Origin: a virus
Taxonomy: Duplodnaviria > Heunggongvirae > Uroviricota > Caudoviricetes
Virus record (IMG/VR): IMGVR_UViG_3300014204_006651
Span: 16,416-80,415 of that record
DNA length: 64,000 nt
Strand: one strand, 5' to 3'
Below the pieces are notes generated by a model that saw nothing but the letters and a program-made list of their open reading frames with translations, was not told the origin of the DNA and did not search any database. Within the stretch, counting starts at the first letter, position 1. The number at the start of each line of letters is the position of its first letter. Positions 58,745-64,000 of the stretch are shown piece by piece. Made by a program: the position numbers and the translations under genes.

Positions 58745-60220
58745 TTAAATTTCAACATTAGTTTCTTTAATTTCTTCTTCCACATCTACCCATTCAAGAC
58801 CCGGACAATAATCGGTATAACTTGAACTAAAATACTCACCAAAAATACCAGTGCTGTTAATAAGACCATTACTAAAACCACATAATCCTTTCCAAATATT
58901 AACTCCAATAAAAGTACCTACTGGTGCTAAAATTAAATTAAAAAGAAATGTATAAAAAATGAATTTTATTGGTGTCCAAAGAACATAAAATAAACCATAT
59001 GCAATTACAATTATAATATATTTTACTGGATAATAAATAATATATATTCCAATGAATCTAAGTGGTTCAGCATACCAAACTTTTTTTCCTCTTTTATATT
59101 TATTAATAACTCCTTGTAACCATCCGGTAATAAAAACATATAAAACATATATAATACCAACAACAATTGCTGATAAGCCAATAGCAGCAAAAAATATCCA
59201 ATTACTAATACACCAATCAGCAGCAATTGTTATTCCTAAAACTAAACCATTTACGATAAAATAAGCAACACCAAGTAAAAATATTGTAATAAATGCTCCT
59301 ACAATTTGTTTAGTTGTTTTAATAATATTTTTCCAGTTAGCTGGATTTGTTCTAAATTTATTACGAATTGATTTTAATACTTCACCAATTGATTCACCTA
59401 ATTTATTAAAACCTTCATTTATTGGTTTCATTCTGGCTTCCCATTTAGCTTTTCTAATGATTTCTTTTCTTCTACGTTCTATGTTTTTTTCTCTTTCTTT
59501 TTCTTCATAAATAGCTGCTTTTCTTCTACGTTCAATGTTTATCTCATTACGTTCTTTACGCCATTTGGCTTCCATTTCTTCTTTTTTCTTTTTATATTCT
59601 TCTTCACTTATTTTTTTATCAATATTATATTTTTCAAGAATAAAATATTCAATAAATTCTTCGTCAGCCCACTCAGTTTTGTTATTGAAAAACATTTTTA
59701 CCGTTAATGGCATTTTATTATGTTTATCTTGATAAGAACCCCTATACACATCATATGCTTCTTGATCATTCAAATCAGCTATATACCGATTAACTAATAT
59801 TTCAAGACAATTAAAGAAAAGAGTTGGGAAAAATAAAAATATTTTCAATAGAAGTTTTGCAATAAATATGAAAGAGCAAACAAATAAGGAAAATAATAAT
59901 AACCAAAAATACGGACATCCGTTTTGCATAGTTTTTGGTGTTGGTGCATTATCCCGGAGTACATATTTAATTAAACGATAATGCCATGATTTCATACTTA
60001 CTCGCATAAGTTTTGGCTTATCTGCTTGAATTACATATTGTTCATCCCCATCATTTAAACGAACTACACTATCAATAGGAAATGAACCTAAAATACTTTC
60101 AACTACCTTAATATAATAGCCATGTTTATCATTATAAAGAAAACCTTTAAAATGTGAAATATCATGTTGATAGAAATCAACGATTTTATTTACTAAGTAC
60201 TCAAATTTTTGATTTTTCAT
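58745..60220 (-). CDS. polytopic membrane protein with a charged ERRRK repeat region
   Basis: 491 aa. Multiple TM helices flank a Lys/Glu/Arg-rich segment (NIERRRKAAIYEEKEREKNIERRRKEIIRKAKWEARMK). Confidence 0.5.
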   Translation of the reverse strand: MKNQKFEYLVNKIVDFYQHDISHFKGFLYNDKHGYYIKVVESILGSFPIDSVVRLNDGDEQYVIQADKPKLMRVSMKSWHYRLIKYVLRDNAPTPKTMQNGCPYFWLLLFSLFVCSFIFIAKLLLKIFLFFPTLFFNCLEILVNRYIADLNDQEAYDVYRGSYQDKHNKMPLTVKMFFNNKTEWADEEFIEYFILEKYNIDKKISEEEYKKKKEEMEAKWRKERNEINIERRRKAAIYEEKEREKNIERRRKEIIRKAKWEARMKPINEGFNKLGESIGEVLKSIRNKFRTNPANWKNIIKTTKQIVGAFITIFLLGVAYFIVNGLVLGITIAADWCISNWIFFAAIGLSAIVVGIIYVLYVFITGWLQGVINKYKRGKKVWYAEPLRFIGIYIIYYPVKYIIIVIAYGLFYVLWTPIKFIFYTFLFNLILAPVGTFIGVNIWKGLCGFSNGLINSTGIFGEYFSSSYTDYCPGLEWVDVEEEIKETNVEI

Positions 60221-60229
60221 ATAATTAAT

Positions 60230-60520
60230 TTATTTAATAGTGTCATCTTCTAAAAAAAATTGTGCGAAATTTGGATCAATAATGATATCATCGTAGTTTC
60301 CCAAAGTATCTTTAATGTAAAATCGATATGTATTAATTGTACCTATAGAGTCTTGTTCAATTTTAAGAATAATACTTCCTTTATATTCGTTAACATTATC
60401 AAATTTAACGAATGTACAACTACTACAAGAACTTAACAACAAATATAATACTAATGCGCTAAGTCCAAATGTAAATATAAATGAAAATAAAAAAGCTAAA
60501 GTATTTTTTATTGTTTTCAT
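60230..60520 (-). CDS. small secreted/lipoprotein-like protein
   Basis: Signal peptide followed by LLSSCSSC. Confidence 0.4.
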   Translation of the reverse strand: MKTIKNTLAFLFSFIFTFGLSALVLYLLLSSCSSCTFVKFDNVNEYKGSIILKIEQDSIGTINTYRFYIKDTLGNYDDIIIDPNFAQFFLEDDTIK

Positions 60521-61011
60521 AAAAATTTAGTTAATATTTTGTGTTTAATACCACTTTGTTTAATACCTTCATTTGAACGTGGTGTTATAATAAAATTATC
60601 TGGAATCCAAGTAGATAAATCAAGATCGTCAATAGCAACATATTGACATATGTCAATATGTTCATTAATGTATTGTAATATCTCCATTGAACGACATTCT
60701 TCTAATTCTTGTAAACTAAAATATTTGATACCCCATAAATTAGGGGTCTTATCAAATATTTTAGTTTTAACACCATTTATTTCAAAGATACGGTTTAAAA
60801 TATCGAGAGTATAATCCTCTTTCCAATCACTGGATAAAACTATACGTAAATCACTAATTTTTTCAATAATTTGATTAAAAACATTTACGCATTTTTCATC
60901 AAACCTATAACGATTATATTCAGAATTCCATTTCTTTCTATTAGTGTAATATTGCATTGTTGTTGCTAATACACCGTCAATATCAAGAAATATATAATTA
61001 TATTGTTTCAT
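60517..61011 (-). CDS. HAD-superfamily hydrolase (nucleotidase/phosphatase-like)
   Basis: Motif I is IFLDIDGVLA (DxDGV). Confidence 0.5.
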   Translation of the reverse strand: MKQYNYIFLDIDGVLATTMQYYTNRKKWNSEYNRYRFDEKCVNVFNQIIEKISDLRIVLSSDWKEDYTLDILNRIFEINGVKTKIFDKTPNLWGIKYFSLQELEECRSMEILQYINEHIDICQYVAIDDLDLSTWIPDNFIITPRSNEGIKQSGIKHKILTKFL

Positions 61012-61364
61012 TCATGTTGAATATCAAATGTGTTTCTGATTGCTTCAATAAGTGCATTTTTTGGAACTGCACCGACACCCATTGCTGGTGTTCCTGTAAG
61101 TGGAATGAATAAAAGTGCAGGAATGCTTCTAATTTGAAACGCTGAACTAATTTCAATTTCACTATCAATATCCACTTTATAAAAATCCACATCTGGAAAT
61201 TCTTGACTAAGTTCTTCCAGTATTGGAGTAACCATTTTACAAGGAGAACACCAATCGGCATAAAAATCAATAATTGTTGGTTTAGTTCCTTCAAATTTCC
61301 AATCTTTGTTTTTTTCAAAATTAAAAATCTTAACTTTAAATGTTTCTGTTGTTAAGTTTTCCAT
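61008..61364 (-). CDS. trxA: thioredoxin
   Basis: WCSPCK active site at 118 aa. The start is taken at MENLTT. The longer track ORF runs into the upstream terminator hairpin. Confidence 0.8.
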   Translation of the reverse strand: MENLTTETFKVKIFNFEKNKDWKFEGTKPTIIDFYADWCSPCKMVTPILEELSQEFPDVDFYKVDIDSEIEISSAFQIRSIPALLFIPLTGTPAMGVGAVPKNALIEAIRNTFDIQHE

Positions 61365-61424
61365 ATATTTAAATAAAATTAATTGAATATTGTGACCAAA
61401 TGTAATATAATTTATTTTAATAAA

Positions 61425-61458
61425 CAAAAAAGGGGATGAAAAAATCATCCCCTTTTAT
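61425..61458 (-). terminator. hairpin terminator downstream of the band-7 gene (- strand)
   Basis: AGGGGATGA-AAAAA-TCATCCCCT followed by a T-run on the - strand. Confidence 0.5.
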
Positions 61459-61473
61459 ATAATTTATACATAT

Positions 61474-62509
61474 TTAATTGTTTGGTAAGCTTAAAATTAC
61501 CCCTTGACCGTTACCCATCATGTAAGTAGGAAGTTTACCATCCCATTTATTGATCCATTCAAGTTGTATAATCTTAGGATTTGCTGCAACTGAAGTACCT
61601 TTAATTTGTAAAGATTTTGCTTCACCCATTGCTTGTTCAATGGCAATATTTTTATTAATTTCTGCTTGTTTAAGTTTTTCTTCCTGTTGTCTTGTTACTT
61701 CAACAAGTCTTAAAACTTCTTGTTCGGCAAGTTTTTTAGCATCAATTGCTTTTTCAAAATCACTATTATAATAAACTTCTCGAACATCTACCTGATCAAT
61801 AATAAGTTTATATCCTTTAACTTCTACTTTCTTTAACTTCTACTTTCATTCTTTTAATGACTTCATCTTGAATTTCTTGACGTTTTGTGCTATAAACTTC
61901 AATAGGATTATAATTACTTACTGTTAATGCAAGTGCTGATTTTAATTTAGTTCGAATAATATTATCTTCTAACCAAATATATCTACCAGTATTTCCACCA
62001 TCATTTTCAGTAACATTTTGATAAATCCACGAAGCTTCATCCGGAATAATTTTCCAAGATACTGATACGTCTAATCCCATTTTAATACCATCTTTTGTTG
62101 GTGACCAAATAGCATCGGCATTAGGTTTTGCTCCTTCTTGCTGTGCATTTGCACAAGTGTAAACCCAAACTGTTTTATCCATCATATGAACATCACACCA
62201 AGGCATAACAATATGCCAACCAGTATGAAGTTCCATTTCGGATACTCCTTTTGGTGTAACAAGAACACCTACGTCTTGAGGACCTACTTTAGTAATCATA
62301 CTAAATAAAGCACCCATAATAAAACCCACAATCATTGCAGGTAATGCTAAAGGTAATTCTATTTTTACCTTTTCAGTTATCGTTTTTGCTCGACCCATAC
62401 CATCTTTTTCACCAGTTGGTACTTCTTTATCAATAAAGAATAATCGTAAAACTAAACCAACTAAACCATAAAGAAATAAAATCCAAAATAAAAAACTAAA
62501 AAACCACAT
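61474..62509 (-). pseudogene. band-7/SPFH (HflC/prohibitin-like) gene disrupted by a 16-bp tandem duplication
   Basis: The N-terminal part (62509-61817) ends KVEVKESRS-stop. Removing one copy of the 16-bp repeat joins it in frame to ...KVEVKGYKLIIDQVDVREVYYNSDFEKAIDAKKLAEQEVLRL ... IKGTSVAANPKIIQLEWINKWDGKLP ... LPNN, a typical SPFH C-terminus ending at 61474. Confidence 0.6.
61815..61846. repeat. perfect 16-bp tandem duplication (CTTTAACTTCTACTTT x2)
   Basis: Positions 61815-61830 equal 61831-61846. The length is not a multiple of three, so it frameshifts the band-7 gene. Confidence 0.85.
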
Positions 62510-62670
62510 ATTATTAGGTATTTAATGATGCTTACTCTAAAGGTTTTCAGCTTCCCCGTTTTATATTATTTATTAAATATTGTATCAAGTTCATCCCATA
62601 ATTCAATAAGTAAATATTGATCAATTTTATCTTTATACCACATCAATGCTTGTTGAAATATTGGTTTACG

Positions 62671-63114
62671 TTATAAGTATTCTTTTTTGTATTTACAATA
62701 CATTGAATCATTATGTTCATAACTATATGTCGCATTTGCAAGAATATCACACATTTTAAGAATAATTGCACGATAATCAGCAACAGTCTTAACCATAGTT
62801 AATAAATGTTTCATAAGACGATTTGATGATGGTACATCAGTGACAGCTAATACAATATCAGCAATATCTTTATTAGTATTTTCTAATATGTTATTATAGG
62901 ATTGTCGAGCATCTTCAATACTATCATGAAAAAGTGATGCAATTTTTGTGTTAATAAAATCATCATTATTATGTATAAAAACATTTTGATATCTATCTAT
63001 TATTGCAGATACTGCATCTATGTGATAGATATATTCTTTATTATCGTATTTAGAATTAACCTCGTTATATTGTTTACGAGCAATTTCATGTAATTTTTCA
63101 TAATTTAAAATCAT
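62671..63114 (-). CDS. HD-domain phosphohydrolase (YfbR-like 5'-nucleotidase family?)
   Basis: IYHIDAVSAI ... ASLFHDSIEDA gives the H ... HD ... D metal ligands. After the TAA at 62671-73 the frame stays open for 35 more protein-like codons down to 62566. Confidence 0.5.
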   Translation of the reverse strand: MILNYEKLHEIARKQYNEVNSKYDNKEYIYHIDAVSAIIDRYQNVFIHNNDDFINTKIASLFHDSIEDARQSYNNILENTNKDIADIVLAVTDVPSSNRLMKHLLTMVKTVADYRAIILKMCDILANATYSYEHNDSMYCKYKKEYL

Positions 63115-63286
63115 ATTCTTTTAGGATAAATTTTTCCAAGTAAAGTTATGTATAATTTTCCAAATACATGGTTTTTTAACTGCATATTTTTTTGCAAGAT
63201 TTATCAAATTTAATCCATTATTATATTCAATTCTAATATATCATGTAAAAAATTTATTAATTAATTTACAAATTTAGAAAATTATA

Positions 63287-63829
63287 TTACATAACCAAAA
63301 TTTTTGAATAAATTTTAATATTTTCAAATTTACCTGACCATTTTGAATCATCTTTAAATAAACTATTATCACCTTTTGTTTGTAAAAAGTCAATACTTTT
63401 AATATAACGTTTATTTTTTGCGTCATGAACAACCCACCAACCATTTATTTCAATATGTGGACTTACAATCCAAATGGTGTCACCATATTGTATTTTACCA
63501 TTAAAACGATTGGTATCGTATTTATATTTTTTTGATAATTCTGCCCGATACATATCGTTAATTAAATCCTGACTAATAGCTATCCAACGATAATTACTTG
63601 CCAGTTTCGGATTAATTATTGAACCATCACCAGTTATTGTTGGTGTTGAGTCACATTGTCTTTCTTCTGCATGATAAATACTACCCCACACATTGTCATA
63701 TAATAATATATGGTAAGTATCTTTCTTAATCAATTTTTTATTTATACCATTATTAATCATTGAAGTAGATAGAAAAAAAATTGACATTAAAATTACAATT
63801 TTATAAAATATTATTTTTTTCATTTTCAA
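63287..63829 (-). CDS. secreted 3D-domain (MltA/RlpA-like DPBB) protein
   Basis: Signal peptide, then ITGDGSIINPKLASNYRWIAISQDLI ... IQYGDTIWIV ... WVVHDAK ... IDFL resembling the 3D-domain consensus (T.tGd ... A.d...ip.GT.v.i ... v.DtG ... iDlf). Confidence 0.5.
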   Translation of the reverse strand: MKMKKIIFYKIVILMSIFFLSTSMINNGINKKLIKKDTYHILLYDNVWGSIYHAEERQCDSTPTITGDGSIINPKLASNYRWIAISQDLINDMYRAELSKKYKYDTNRFNGKIQYGDTIWIVSPHIEINGWWVVHDAKNKRYIKSIDFLQTKGDNSLFKDDSKWSGKFENIKIYSKILVM

Positions 63830-64000
63830 TAGTTTTTATTAATACTTACACAAAAATACGAATGTTTATACAAAGTTGTTACAATTTTTTTGACGAAAGA
63901 ATATAAATTAGATATGGATAATTGAAAATATTAGATATATTTGCCACAATTAATCATAAATTAATGAAAATAATAGAAGCAAATTGGATAGCATTTCATT

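Noticed and set aside
61550-61771. + strand ORF 61550-61771 and - strand ORF 60998-61318.
   Set aside because: They are shadows of the - strand band-7 C-terminal fragment and of the thioredoxin gene respectively. The true genes have clear WCSPCK and SPFH motifs.
1-64000. Alternative genetic code or stop-codon reassignment.
   Set aside because: TAA, TGA and TAG all terminate otherwise well-supported ORFs (for example TGA at 12143, TAG at 13972). The single in-frame TAA in the HD gene is better explained as a lesion.
1-64000. tRNA genes and CRISPR arrays.
   Set aside because: Intergenic regions are short, and none shows tRNA-like GC-rich cloverleaf segments (T-arm GTTC...GAAC) or regularly spaced direct repeats. 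Not excluded without tRNAscan/CRT.

Overview
This 64 kb window is AT-rich (roughly 27-30% GC by eye) and densely coding, and its gene content looks like part of a large tailed-phage genome. It uses the standard genetic code: TAA, TGA and TAG all terminate ORFs. About 53 kb is transcribed on the + strand, followed by a roughly 10.6 kb block on the - strand.

Landmarks along the window:
(1) 1.0-7.7 kb: a cluster of RNA-end-processing enzymes. It contains a class II CCA-adding/poly(A)-polymerase-type nucleotidyltransferase fused to a 2H phosphoesterase, a HAD phosphatase fused to a Tpt1/KptA-like ART-fold domain, a kinase-like/GNAT/Tpt1-like multidomain protein, and a ParB-like nuclease. A Vsr/DUF559-type homing endonuclease sits between them.
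(2) 8.2-11.7 kb: a freestanding LAGLIDADG homing endonuclease, followed by a GT-B glycosyltransferase split by a 374-aa intein that itself carries LAGLIDADG motifs.
(3) 14-32 kb: a late structural module. It has gp25/W-like and J-like baseplate genes, two tandem GT2-like glycosyltransferase paralogs, a third DxD transferase, and six large Thr-/Asn-/Cys-rich fibre-like proteins.
(4) 32-53 kb: replication, recombination and takeover genes. These include a RuvC-like resolvase, a T5orf172 protein, a metallophosphoesterase, a sigma-70-family sigma factor, an ArdC-like antirestriction protein, an Hsp20, a single-chain Mre11-Rad50 fusion with a CxxC zinc hook, a dCMP deaminase, a degenerate amidase paralog and a holin-like/amidase_2 lysis pair.
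(5) 53.3-63.8 kb (- strand): an accessory block with a secreted M23 peptidase, a GNAT-like protein, a DEDDh exonuclease, membrane proteins, a HAD hydrolase, thioredoxin, a band-7/SPFH gene broken by a 16-bp tandem duplication, an HD-domain gene with an apparent in-frame TAA, and a 3D-domain secreted protein.

A (G/C)TATTTAT(A/T/G) motif recurs 14-31 nt upstream of about 15 + strand start codons, and is absent upstream of the - strand genes. Several clean rho-independent terminators are visible. I found no tRNA genes or CRISPR arrays by eye.
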